Shown here in pieces: positions 39,645-49,388 of a DNA stretch of 64,000 nucleotides (its first letter is position 1; each line of letters opens with the position of its first letter). A model generated the notes under the pieces. That model had not been told where the DNA came from, did no database searches, and was given only the letters and a program-made list of their open reading frames with translations. The DNA lies in NCBI GenBank assembly GCA_965248265.1, contig CBDFJF010000001.1:1600001-1664000 (forward strand), given 5' to 3'. Source of the DNA: Candidatus Latescibacterota bacterium. Its GTDB lineage: Bacteria > Latescibacterota > UBA2968 > UBA8231. A program made the translations under genes and the position numbers.

Positions 39645-41300
39645 TTAAAAGTCGAACTCCACCTCGACCACGCGATTCTCGCGAGCCGCGGTTTCGCACC
39701 CCTCGATGCATTGAATCGGTCCCTTGGCCCATTCTGGAGTGATGATCAGGGGCACGCCCGTCTGCAGGTGGTCGACCATGTTCTTGTAATAGCCGTTGGG
39801 CCTGGTTACCGGAACGATGTCAGCGTCGAGCCGGTGACCCTGCTCGTCCACGATGGAAACGCGACCTTCACCGCCGAAGTCGTCGATGACAATCGCGCCG
39901 TGGGTGCCGAGGACCGTCCACAGCGGCTCCGGCGCCGCACCCAGGCTACCGACCTTTACCTGGGCCTCGACCCCACCGTCAAAGCGGGCGTAAGCCCGCA
40001 CATAGTCCTCGTTGGTAGTGTCGTGCCAGAGTTTCTTGACGGAGTGCCCGTAGAGGCTGGCCCGGCGATTGATCGGCTCACCCCTGGAATTTTCCTTCGG
40101 CACCAGCTGCAACACTTTCTCGAATTGATGGGCGCCCATGTCATACATGGTGCCACCGGAAATCTCTTTGTGCGAGCGCCACCACTGGGGTTGTCGGGCA
40201 TAGCGCATCATCGCACACTCCATCGAATAGACTTCACCTATGCGGCCACTTTCGATGATATGCAGCAGAGTAAGCACGTCTGAGTCCCAGTGGCGGTTGT
40301 GGTAGACCGACAGCATCACTCCTCGTTCCCTGGCCAATGCGATCACCTCGTCACAGTCGGCCACGTGAACGGCGAATGGCTTTTCGGTAACAACATGAAT
40401 CCCCGCTTCAAGCAGCGTGCGGATCCCCATTGCATGATAGGCGTGAGGCAGGACCACGATGCCAAGATCGATGGTGCCGCTGGCAGCCATCTCGCTGGCG
40501 TCCGTGAAAGTGGCCAGGTGCTCTCCCTGCTCCTCCTTGGCCGCCTCAAGTCGAGCGGAATCCCGGTCGCATATGGCCGCCAACTCCAACCCCTGGGTAT
40601 CGGCGATTCGCTCCGAGTGGTGTGTTCCCATGCCAAAAGCCGGACCGTAGCCCAGCAGGCCGACGCGGATGGTCTCTTCCCTCTCCTGTCTCATGACGTA
40701 GCGCAGGCCCTTGAAGATCAGATCCTGGAAATCGGGGTGGTTGAAGGCGCGCTCGTCGTGTCCGAGAGCAGTGTAGAGGACGCGGCCCTGGCCGTAGTCG
40801 CGCACGTAGCCCATGTGGTGGCGCTCGAACTGCCACAAGCCCTCCTGGAACACCCGCAGCTCGGCCTGGGTGCGGCGCTCGCACACATAAAACTCGTCCA
40901 TTATATCAAAGCTGGAAGTCAATCTTGGTAGGTAGGAAGCTGCGTCTGGCGAAGTCTCCACCGTGAAGTCGCTGACCGGACCATGGGTGATGAACACGGT
41001 GCCGACCATCTCGGTGTAATCGCCGTATTTATCCAGCTTGGCATTGGCGCAATGGATGGCCACGAGTCCCCCTCCTCCGCGCACGTAGCCGACCAACCCT
41101 TGCTCCTGATCCGCCGTCAACTCGCCTCCAAAGGTGTACAGGATAACGGCGTCGTAGGATGACGGATCGGCCAGTGCCGACCGGTCTTGCGTTATCTCCA
41201 GTGCGAATTGCCCTCCAACTTCCAGTGCCGTCTTCAGAATCGAGGCACAGGACTCGAAGGGGTGAGCCGTTCCACCGATAATCATCAGAACAGGATGCAT
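39645..41300 (-). CDS. ThuA-like domain fused to a Gfo/Idh/MocA oxidoreductase
   Basis: N-terminal GGGLVAIH and YTALGH. C-terminal GYGPAFGMG, EKP, HNRHWD and DMGAH. Confidence 0.87.
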   Translation of the reverse strand: MHPVLMIIGGTAHPFESCASILKTALEVGGQFALEITQDRSALADPSSYDAVILYTFGGELTADQEQGLVGYVRGGGGLVAIHCANAKLDKYGDYTEMVGTVFITHGPVSDFTVETSPDAASYLPRLTSSFDIMDEFYVCERRTQAELRVFQEGLWQFERHHMGYVRDYGQGRVLYTALGHDERAFNHPDFQDLIFKGLRYVMRQEREETIRVGLLGYGPAFGMGTHHSERIADTQGLELAAICDRDSARLEAAKEEQGEHLATFTDASEMAASGTIDLGIVVLPHAYHAMGIRTLLEAGIHVVTEKPFAVHVADCDEVIALARERGVMLSVYHNRHWDSDVLTLLHIIESGRIGEVYSMECAMMRYARQPQWWRSHKEISGGTMYDMGAHQFEKVLQLVPKENSRGEPINRRASLYGHSVKKLWHDTTNEDYVRAYARFDGGVEAQVKVGSLGAAPEPLWTVLGTHGAIVIDDFGGEGRVSIVDEQGHRLDADIVPVTRPNGYYKNMVDHLQTGVPLIITPEWAKGPIQCIEGCETAARENRVVEVEFDF

Positions 41301-41302
41301 TT

Positions 41303-41339
41303 CACTTGCCTCTCTCGCTTGACTCTACGCTTGACTCTA
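41303..41339. repeat. 12-bp tandem repeat CGCTTGACTCTA x2 plus one degenerate copy
   Basis: CACTTGCCTCTCT CGCTTGACTCTA CGCTTGACTCTA, immediately upstream of the ThuA-Gfo start. Confidence 0.65.
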
Positions 41340-41490
41340 GTTGTACCGTTGTCGTGTCAGGGCACGCCATACACTATCCACTATTTGCTTCCTTTGTCCA
41401 GGACGGGAATCCGGGACTGGATTCAGGCCGACCGAAGACAGTATGTTCGGAAACCTCTTGCTCACCAGATCCCGCAACCGGAAAACGAAC

Positions 41491-42132
41491 ATGGCGACAA
41501 GGCTCATCATCGTCCGTCACGGCGAGACGGCATGGAACCGGGGCAACATCTATCGGGGCACGCACGACATTCCCCTCAACGACAATGGCCGCCAGCAAGC
41601 ACAGCTCACCGCCAAGGCACTCAAGGGGCACGCCATCGATATCGCCTACACCAGTCCGCTATCCAGGGCGTCGGAAACTGCGCAGATTGCGCTTGAACCT
41701 CACGGTATCAAGGCTATCTATCATGATGGCTTGCTCGATTTCGACTACGGCGAGTGGACGGGAAAACAGGAAGAGGAAGTAAAGCAGACCTGGCCGGCCG
41801 AACACAGAGAATGGACAACCCGGCCGCACGAAGCCCGCCCGCCGGGAGGAACAACGCTGCGCGAAGTATCGGAGCGCTGCGTTGCGATGATGGTCGAGGC
41901 CGCCGCCCAACACGATGCCAGCACCGTAGCTCTGTTCTCGCACAGGGTAGTAAACAAGCTGCTCGTGCTCGGAGCACTCGGCCTGGCACTGGATCGGTTC
42001 CCCTATATCGTTCAGGGAAATTGCTCGTTCAACGAATTCCTGGTACAGGATGGGGAATTTATCATCGAGTCTATCAACAACACTGCCCACATGACCGGGG
42101 GCGGCGTTGACGTACTGACAGCAGATTTTTGA
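41491..42132 (+). CDS. Histidine phosphatase (phosphoglycerate mutase-like) family protein
   Basis: RHGETAWN, YTSPLSRA and FSH motifs. Confidence 0.92.
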   Translation: MATRLIIVRHGETAWNRGNIYRGTHDIPLNDNGRQQAQLTAKALKGHAIDIAYTSPLSRASETAQIALEPHGIKAIYHDGLLDFDYGEWTGKQEEEVKQTWPAEHREWTTRPHEARPPGGTTLREVSERCVAMMVEAAAQHDASTVALFSHRVVNKLLVLGALGLALDRFPYIVQGNCSFNEFLVQDGEFIIESINNTAHMTGGGVDVLTADF

Positions 42133-42151
42133 GGGGAACGCGAAAATTCAA

Positions 42152-44038
42152 ATGGCAAAGAAAAAGAAATCCACATCTCCAAACTTTTCTGGTGGCAACG
42201 ACATCCCTCGGAAGTTCGAGAGCAGAATCGCGGCTTTCAACCACCAGCGCATCGAGACCATGGTGCCGATGCGCGACGGCGTCAAACTGTTCACAATCAT
42301 CCTGATACCGGATGAACCTGACAGGCCCATGCCGATTCTGCTGACCCGTACTCCGTACAACGCCGCGGTACGTACATCGCGAACAACGAGCCCTGACATC
42401 GCCATGGTGTTGACGGCCGGCAATGAGGAACTGGTGCGCGATGGCTACATCGTCGTCTACCAGGATGTGCGTGGGCGCTACGGTTCGCAGGGCAAGTACA
42501 TCGTCACTATGCCAGTACGAGGCCCGTTCAACTCTGGCAAGGTCGACCAGGTCACTGATGCGTGGGACACGATCGAATGGCTGCTGCACAATGTCCCCGG
42601 CAACAACGGCCGCATCGGCATGACCGGCGTGTCCTACGATGGCCTGCTCACCGTTATGGCGCTGCTGGAACCGCACCCGGCGCTCAAGGCGGCGGTCCCG
42701 ATCAACTCCATGGTCGACAGCTGGATGGGCGACGACTTCTACCACCAGGGCGCCTTCCGTGCCGTCATGATGCCCTACATCTATCGCCAGACTGCCTCCA
42801 AGGATGGCGGCAAGGCCATACCATGGGGCTACTACGACACCTATTCCGCCGTCCTCGAAGCCGGCTCCATGGGCGAACTCGGCCGGCGCTACGGAATCGA
42901 CCGGTTGCCGGCCTGGAAACGTCTGATCGACCATCCCGACTATGACGACTACTGGCAGGACCAGGCCCTCGACAAGCAACTGGCCAAGGTACCATCCAAG
43001 GTACCGACCCTGACCGTGCACAGCCTCTTCGATCAAGAAGACATGTACGGACCGCTGGCCAGCTATGCTATACTGGCGAAGAAGGACCGGAAGAAACACA
43101 AGACCACGCACCTGGCCATCGGCCCCTGGTATCACGGCCAGGTGAAGGCCGATGGTTCCGCGCTCGGCAGCATCAAATGGGACGCCGACACGTCGCTGCA
43201 ATTTCGGCGCGAAATGTTGAAGCCCTTCTGGGATCTGCATCTCAAGCGCGTCAAGCCGGCTGCTCCGTTGCCTCCCGTGCTGGCGTTTGAGACCGGCGGC
43301 AATCGCTGGCACCACCACAATTCCTGGCCACCTGCCGCAGCGAAGCCTGGCAAGCTGTTCCTTCAACCGGGAGGCAAGCTTTCCTTCGACGCACCCTCCA
43401 AAGGCAGCCAGCAGCCCTTCACCGAGTACATATCAGACCCGGCCAAACCGGTCCCCTACCGTGTTCGTCCGATCCAGACAGTGGGTGGCACCTGGTACCG
43501 GTGGCTCGTCGATGACCAGCGGCCCTTCGCCGATCGGCCCGACGTGCTCACCTTCGTCAGCCAGCCGGTGGCTTCACCCATCACGCTCAGCGGTGAAGTG
43601 GTAGCCCACCTCTTCGCTTCAACCACGGGAAGCGACGCCGACTGGGTCGTCAAGCTCATCGACCTCTACCCGGACGAGGTTCCGGCCCAACCTGAGCTGG
43701 GTGGTTATCAGCTGATGATTTCCGGCGAAATCCAACGCGGCCGCTACCGGGAGAGCTTTTCTGAGGCACGCCCGATCCCGCCAGGAAAAACCCTGCCGTA
43801 CCGCATCCCGATGTCGCACGTGAACCACACCTTCCTGCGCGGGCATCGCCTTCTGGTACAGATCCAGAGCTCGTGGTTTCCAGTCTACGATCGCAATCCG
43901 CAGACCTTCGTCGACCGCATCGCCTGGGCCAAGCCGGATGATTTTCAATCTGCTACACAGCGCATCCACCACGCCCGGGGCGCTGCCAGTTTCCTGGAGC
44001 TCCCGGTAACGGACGCCGGCGGCTTCCTCTCCGCATAG
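42152..44038 (+). CDS. CocE/NonD hydrolase (alpha-amino acid ester hydrolase / glutaryl-7-ACA acylase-like)
   Basis: RTPY, QDVRGR, GVSYDG, WMGDDFYHQGAFR, GPWYHG and QSSWFPVYDRNPQ motifs. Confidence 0.9.
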   Translation: MAKKKKSTSPNFSGGNDIPRKFESRIAAFNHQRIETMVPMRDGVKLFTIILIPDEPDRPMPILLTRTPYNAAVRTSRTTSPDIAMVLTAGNEELVRDGYIVVYQDVRGRYGSQGKYIVTMPVRGPFNSGKVDQVTDAWDTIEWLLHNVPGNNGRIGMTGVSYDGLLTVMALLEPHPALKAAVPINSMVDSWMGDDFYHQGAFRAVMMPYIYRQTASKDGGKAIPWGYYDTYSAVLEAGSMGELGRRYGIDRLPAWKRLIDHPDYDDYWQDQALDKQLAKVPSKVPTLTVHSLFDQEDMYGPLASYAILAKKDRKKHKTTHLAIGPWYHGQVKADGSALGSIKWDADTSLQFRREMLKPFWDLHLKRVKPAAPLPPVLAFETGGNRWHHHNSWPPAAAKPGKLFLQPGGKLSFDAPSKGSQQPFTEYISDPAKPVPYRVRPIQTVGGTWYRWLVDDQRPFADRPDVLTFVSQPVASPITLSGEVVAHLFASTTGSDADWVVKLIDLYPDEVPAQPELGGYQLMISGEIQRGRYRESFSEARPIPPGKTLPYRIPMSHVNHTFLRGHRLLVQIQSSWFPVYDRNPQTFVDRIAWAKPDDFQSATQRIHHARGAASFLELPVTDAGGFLSA

Positions 44039-44056
44039 GTCCTGCCTCAGGGCGAT

Positions 44057-44905
44057 TTGATATACATAGTCACTAATATTCTGCTCAGCTCGGCCTTCAT
44101 CCTGGGAACGAGGTGGGCACAACACCGGCAGACGGACATCCTCAGCGTCGGCGCGGTGAACTACATGGCTAGCTTTGTCTGCGCCCTGCTGGTGTTCCAA
44201 CTGGATGAAGCCAAAGCCGTCAGCATCGCAGCCTGTGCTTCTGGAGCCACCACCGGAGCGGCCTACTTCGTCGCCTTCTTTTTCCTGGCCACGACCCTGC
44301 GATGGAAGGGTGCGGCGCTCGCCTCCGTCGTCTCCAGACTGTCAATCCTCGTCCCCATACTCTGCGGCATTTTGATCTGGCACGAACATCCGTCGACGAT
44401 GCAGTATGCCGGCATCGCCCTGGCCTGCGTCGCACTCGGACTCATAAGACGAGGGCGCCTCCACTTCGACATGTCACAGCTGCCGTGGTACGCACCCCTG
44501 CACATAGCGATGTTTTTCGTCATCGCTGGAGTCTCACGCCTGGGCCCGGAGGCGTTTCATCAGACAGCGGCGCCCCATGAGAAGCCGTTCTTCCTGTTGG
44601 CCACCTTCGGCCTGTCGGCGTTTGCATCGCTAGTCCTCATACTCGTGCGACGAAAGGTGCCGGGGCGTCGAGAAATCGTATTCGGCACCGGCATCGGCGT
44701 GTCCAACATTGGCCAGACATTCGTCATGCTCAAGGCACTCGATGTCTACGATGGTTTTGTCGTTTTCTCGATGATAAGTGCGGGAGGACTGGTGTTCACA
44801 GTCCTGGTGGCGGTCCTTCTCATGGGCGAAAAGCTGACCCGCGGTAGTTGCATCGGAATCGCCGTCGCTGCTATTGCGTTGGTGATGTTGCAGGCGAATT
44901 CCTGA
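44057..44905 (+). CDS. DMT/EamA superfamily transporter
   Basis: About 10 TM segments in two repeats with HEHPS and GEKLT loops. Confidence 0.8.
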   Translation: MIYIVTNILLSSAFILGTRWAQHRQTDILSVGAVNYMASFVCALLVFQLDEAKAVSIAACASGATTGAAYFVAFFFLATTLRWKGAALASVVSRLSILVPILCGILIWHEHPSTMQYAGIALACVALGLIRRGRLHFDMSQLPWYAPLHIAMFFVIAGVSRLGPEAFHQTAAPHEKPFFLLATFGLSAFASLVLILVRRKVPGRREIVFGTGIGVSNIGQTFVMLKALDVYDGFVVFSMISAGGLVFTVLVAVLLMGEKLTRGSCIGIAVAAIALVMLQANS

Positions 44906-44932
44906 ACGCCAACCTGACAACGGAGATCTCGA

Positions 44933-45822
44933 ATGTCGAAGAAACAGATCAGCTCAGACTTCACTTATCGGCCGGCGCCCAAGGCCCGGCAATCGCAGAT
45001 CTTCTACGACCCCCTGTCGTATTCGGCTTTCCCTCACGTGATCCGCATGGACCGCGAAGAGTTGCTCATCGCCTTCCGCCAGGCGCCACGACAAAAGGGA
45101 GTCGTCAGACACACCCATCCGCGCTCCGTCATCACTGTCTTCCGTTCCTACGACAACGGTTCCAGCTGGGAGACGGAGAATGCATCTCAATTGGCAGCCG
45201 GCGGCGGACAGGAGCTGGGCTTGATTTACCTCGGCAACGGCAAGGTCGGTGGTGCACTCGCCGCCCATGAAGTCGTACCGGCCCGTGAGCAGGCCCGTTC
45301 CGGGTTTCCCCATCTGCACAAAATCGAATACCCTTTCGTCAACGTCGGTGGGCTCTGGTGTTGGAGTGACAACTACGGACTCACGTGGCGGTGGAGCACT
45401 CGGTTCTTTTCGCCGACAAGATGCAGTGCTGCGCGCCACCGGTGCTGTTAACGGATAATTCTCTGTTGATCCCGGTCTATGGCCCCATCGGCCGTGCTAC
45501 CTGCGACTCTTCGACCCTCCACCGCTCCACCGACGGTGGCGCCAGTTGGAGCGAGCTTGCGGTCATGGCCAGAGGCAAGCCTCAGGCCCGGGGGTACTGC
45601 GAGCCGGTTGTGATGGAGTTGTCGCCCGGGCACCTGCTCGTCCTGCACCGGGTCGGTAATCCCAAAGGAGAGGTAGGCATCTTCTGGCGCAACGATTCCA
45701 CCGACAACGGCAAGACCTGGAGCCGCACCGAGGCCACCTCCATCAAGTCCGGCGCCTGCCCCCGGCTGCTCAAGCTGCGCGACGGCCGGCTGCTGTTGAC
45801 CTACGGTCGCCGCTTCGACCGC
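44933..45822 (+). pseudogene. BNR/Asp-box sialidase-like gene with a frameshift at ~45390, apparently 3'-truncated
   Basis: YSAFP and Asp boxes SYDNGSSW, SDNYGLTW | STDGGASW, STDNGKTW split over two frames. Homology ends at TYGRRF, at the convergent gene's stop. Confidence 0.75.
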
Positions 45823-47154
45823 TCAATGCGCCGCCCGGTGCATTCTTCGGTAAAACGACACAGCTCCGATCAACTGCACGATGTAGAGCAGGGCGGCGAA
45901 CAGAAAGAACACCTCAATACCGTCGGCTACAGCGGTCAGAAAGTAGAAGAACGAAAAGAAATCCCTCTTGCCCATGAAGGTGCCGCGCTGCAATATCCGA
46001 TAAATCAGTCCCCGATCGGCCTCCGCAACCTGCCTGGTGAAGTTGGTCATGAAGTGTTGCAGGCTACCGCTCCCCGACCTCCACGCACTGATGTACATGA
46101 CCACCAGGAACACCAGTAACATGCCGATGCACGATAGACCAATGATCATGTACACCGGCTCGGGATGGACCTTGCTGAAGCCGACCAGAAAACAGAGGCT
46201 GGCACACACGTAGGCGATGTTGTCGGTGACCGTATCGAACCAGGCCCCGAATTTGGATTCGCACAGCTTGACTCTGGCCACTTCCCCATCGCACCGGTCG
46301 AAGACCGCAGCCAGATGCCAGAGAATGCCTGAAAGCGCCAACTTGGGGTACTCGTTCGGGGACAGCATCAGATAGGCCGCCCCCAGTCCAGTAGGCATGA
46401 CCAGTAGCATGGTGATCATGTGCGGCGACAGGCCGGTCTCGACCAGAATCTTCGAGGTGGGAATCGACAGGCGAGCGTTCAGATGACGCGAAACGAATCC
46501 ACTGGTCTTCTTTGTCACCTGACCGAAGAGCATGTTTTTGACGGCGCGCGCGTCCCGACGGTCTCTCACCCGCCTCCAGAGAGGCTGTGCGAATGCGTGC
46601 TGGGTGTGGCCCGTCTCTGCCTTGTCGGCTAATAGCGTCCAGAAATCCAGTTGGTCATCGGCCATTTCTTGTGCCGAAAACAGGTTCGCGGCACACAAGA
46701 ATGTCCCGGTGCACACCGGCCCGTCGGGGGTCTCGGTAGCGCGGAAAGCGAGTCTGGGGCCCGCTTCGACGACCATGTTGACGCCTTGCTGTTGAGGGTC
46801 ACTGACCTGGACAATCGCATTCAGGTCCCCCAGCTCGCGGTTCATCAGGTCGGTCAGTGAAGAATGGTGATGCACGTAGTCGCCGAGCAGGACCAGAAAA
46901 TCCCCGGCCGGTAGTTCCTCCGGCGCGGGCGAGGATCCCCAGGAAACAAACCGCAACTCCAATGGTAGTTTTCTAGTGAAAGCAGTCAGATTCAACTTCG
47001 CGGCCGGCGGCATGACGACGAGCACCTTATCGATGCCGGCCTTGGCCATGGTGCGAATGCCCCGTTCCAATAATCTCAACCCGGCCACCCGGGTTCGGTA
47101 GGTAACCGCTTCGTCGGGCTGGTTGGGAAACAGGAGAATTCCTTCGCGGATCAC
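45823..47154 (-). CDS. CDP-alcohol phosphatidyltransferase with degenerate N-terminal nucleotidyltransferase-like domain
   Basis: Signature DRCDGEVAR...SKFGAWFDTVTD, plus GFVSRHLNARLS and an N-terminal RVAGLRLLER. Confidence 0.85.
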   Translation of the reverse strand: MIREGILLFPNQPDEAVTYRTRVAGLRLLERGIRTMAKAGIDKVLVVMPPAAKLNLTAFTRKLPLELRFVSWGSSPAPEELPAGDFLVLLGDYVHHHSSLTDLMNRELGDLNAIVQVSDPQQQGVNMVVEAGPRLAFRATETPDGPVCTGTFLCAANLFSAQEMADDQLDFWTLLADKAETGHTQHAFAQPLWRRVRDRRDARAVKNMLFGQVTKKTSGFVSRHLNARLSIPTSKILVETGLSPHMITMLLVMPTGLGAAYLMLSPNEYPKLALSGILWHLAAVFDRCDGEVARVKLCESKFGAWFDTVTDNIAYVCASLCFLVGFSKVHPEPVYMIIGLSCIGMLLVFLVVMYISAWRSGSGSLQHFMTNFTRQVAEADRGLIYRILQRGTFMGKRDFFSFFYFLTAVADGIEVFFLFAALLYIVQLIGAVSFYRRMHRAAH

Positions 47155-48326
47155 GGTCGCCCGTCCGTCTGAACTCGGCGAATCTCTGCCGCCATACGGC
47201 TAAGTTCGGCGTCGGGCATCTGGGGATACATGGGCACGAACACCATCGTCTCAAGCAGCTGCTTGGCCGTGTCAGGCGATAGCCAGGGACGGTCCTCAGG
47301 AGCCTCCACGAGACACAGACTCTCTCCCTGGGTGGCGTCGAAACCGGCCTGCCGCAGGGCCCCCATCAGCTTTTCTGGCTCGCACGCAACGACGGGGAAG
47401 AGCCAGTGAGTATGTCGGACCGAGGCGCTGCCGGGCACGAACACGTTTTCTCCCAATACCTGTAGCAAGTGGCGTCCTTTCGCCGCGCGCGGTGCCAGTC
47501 GCCGTGCGTCGAACCGGTTTAGTCGGCGTTTGAGTAACCGCAACAACGGTGGTGGCGGTTGCCGGCGGATGGAGGTGACCAGATCCCGCTCTCCGAAAGT
47601 CCTTGCCGAACGGCTGATCAGATGATCGTGATCAATCCGGCAACACCGGCAGATACGATTGAAGACGGCATAGGGAAACCGTGCGGATATGGCTTTCATC
47701 AGGCCGTATTTGACGATGCGTTTAAAGTAGCGGAAGCGGCTTGGGCGAGGGTATGAGTCCTGTATCTGTTGCATCCCGCGCAGCAGTCCGGCATCTGGCG
47801 CCACGGCCAGCCCTCCACCCATGGCCGTACATGTCTTGATTGGACCGAAACTATAGAAAGCCAGGTCGGCTTCGCCAGCCTGAAAATCCTCGGTGCCTTC
47901 GAAGGCCTGAGCGCGGTCCTCGATCAGAATCAGGTCATGCTGGTTTGCGAAGGCGATGAAGGGCGCCATATCGAAGCGGCTGCCAAACAGATGCGCGACC
48001 ACGAGCATCCGGGTCTTTGGCTGCAGCCCTCGTTTCAGCGACTCGATCGAGGGAGTGAGATGGGTCGGTTCGAGATCGACGGGGACAGGCACCAGGCCGT
48101 GGGAGCGCATGATGGCCACGATGTCGGGAATGGTAATCGCCGATACCAGGACCTCAGATCCGGGAGGAAACGACAGTGTCTGCAACAGCAGATCGAACGC
48201 CGTGCGTGCAGACTGGCAGTAGAGCACTCGGGGGTCGCGCGTTCTCGCCCGTTCCGGCATTATACAGGCAACGCTTCCGTACAGAAGATCTGCCCAGGGA
48301 ATGTCGAGCTTCTTGCGCACCCACAT
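47151..48326 (-). CDS. DegT/DnrJ/EryC1/StrS family PLP aminotransferase
   Basis: VAHLFG, IEDRAQAF and SFGPIKTCTAMGGG motifs. Confidence 0.87.
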   Translation of the reverse strand: MWVRKKLDIPWADLLYGSVACIMPERARTRDPRVLYCQSARTAFDLLLQTLSFPPGSEVLVSAITIPDIVAIMRSHGLVPVPVDLEPTHLTPSIESLKRGLQPKTRMLVVAHLFGSRFDMAPFIAFANQHDLILIEDRAQAFEGTEDFQAGEADLAFYSFGPIKTCTAMGGGLAVAPDAGLLRGMQQIQDSYPRPSRFRYFKRIVKYGLMKAISARFPYAVFNRICRCCRIDHDHLISRSARTFGERDLVTSIRRQPPPPLLRLLKRRLNRFDARRLAPRAAKGRHLLQVLGENVFVPGSASVRHTHWLFPVVACEPEKLMGALRQAGFDATQGESLCLVEAPEDRPWLSPDTAKQLLETMVFVPMYPQMPDAELSRMAAEIRRVQTDGRP

Positions 48327-48549
48327 GTCACCCACCTCTCCTGGATCACTGCTCCGCCGCCGGCCACACACTGACGCACCAGCCGATGATGCAAACCTGA
48401 TGCCAATGGTGGACACGCTACCAACCAACGCACAGGTTGCCATCCCGACTTGAACTTAGGTTGCATGGGCTTGCGCATCCATGCGCAGCGATTGCGCGGT
48501 CCGACGGTGAATTTTTCGTATTGAGCATCTCCTAGTACATTAGAAGGTC

Positions 48550-49341
48550 ATGCCGTCGGGTACTGTCTTAATCGTTGAAGATCAGGCCATAGTAGCCAAG
48601 GATCTCTCCTATTGCGTGGGAGACCTGGGTTATGATGTCGTCGACATCGTTGCGTCCGGAACCGTAGCCGTGACCAAGGTCGCCCAGCTGAAGCCGGACG
48701 TCGTGTTGATGGATATCGGCCTCGAAGGTGACCGCGACGGCATCTCAGCTGCCGAGGCCATCGGCAAGCGCTTTAACGTTCCCGTGGTGTTCGTCACCAG
48801 CCAGACTGATATCGCGACCATCACGAGAGCGAAGCGGACGGAACCTGCCGGTTACGTCGTCAAGCCGTTCGAACCCGAGCAGATTGCCGACGCGCTGCGC
48901 GCGGCGATGAACAGGCCGAGCGAGCAACCGGCCGAGCGCCCAGGGCGGCCTTCACCGGTGGCTGCACCTGTAGACCCGTCCGGTCCGTCAACCATTCTCA
49001 TCATAGACGACCAGGAGCACACGCAGGCGACGGTGATAAGTGGCCTGCCGCGCGGGCAACGCGTCAAGCTGGCGGGATCGTTCGATGCGGCCAAGGACAT
49101 GCTGCGCAAGCAGGGGTTCAACCTCATTCTCATAAACATCAACCTTCCGGACGCCGATGGAGGCTCGTCGATACGAGAGCTGCGCCGGTTGGTGGGCCCC
49201 CAAACCCCGATCATCGCCATCGCCGAAAGAGTCAGCCCGACGTTGGCCGCCTTCGTGAAGGAATCTGTTTCAGCCCTGCTGCAATCAGCGCAGGTGGAGT
49301 CCCGCCTCGGGGCCGAAGTCAACGCAGCGCTGGGGTTGTGA
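48550..49341 (+). CDS. Response regulator with one canonical and one pseudo-receiver domain
   Basis: LIVED...LMDIGL...VKPF. In the second domain, IIDD...LININLP has Asn at the phospho-Asp position. Confidence 0.85.
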   Translation: MPSGTVLIVEDQAIVAKDLSYCVGDLGYDVVDIVASGTVAVTKVAQLKPDVVLMDIGLEGDRDGISAAEAIGKRFNVPVVFVTSQTDIATITRAKRTEPAGYVVKPFEPEQIADALRAAMNRPSEQPAERPGRPSPVAAPVDPSGPSTILIIDDQEHTQATVISGLPRGQRVKLAGSFDAAKDMLRKQGFNLILININLPDADGGSSIRELRRLVGPQTPIIAIAERVSPTLAAFVKESVSALLQSAQVESRLGAEVNAALGL

Positions 49342-49388
49342 TCAGGGCGCGGGTGAACGAGCGATCAAGAAGCGATCGCGACGCGCAC

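Noticed and set aside
39645-41300. ThuA + Gfo/Idh/MocA fusion as a novelty
   Set aside because: Both domains are common and often co-occur in sugar-catabolic loci. Nothing distinctive visible.
45380-45400. Programmed frameshift in the BNR gene
   Set aside because: No slippery heptamer. It looks like loss of one G, and the gene is also truncated, so decay or error is more likely.
45823-46119. Apparent ~300-bp convergent overlap of ORF 45385-46119 with the CDP-AP gene
   Set aside because: Run-on of the truncated BNR frame into the antisense strand, not a real overlapping gene.
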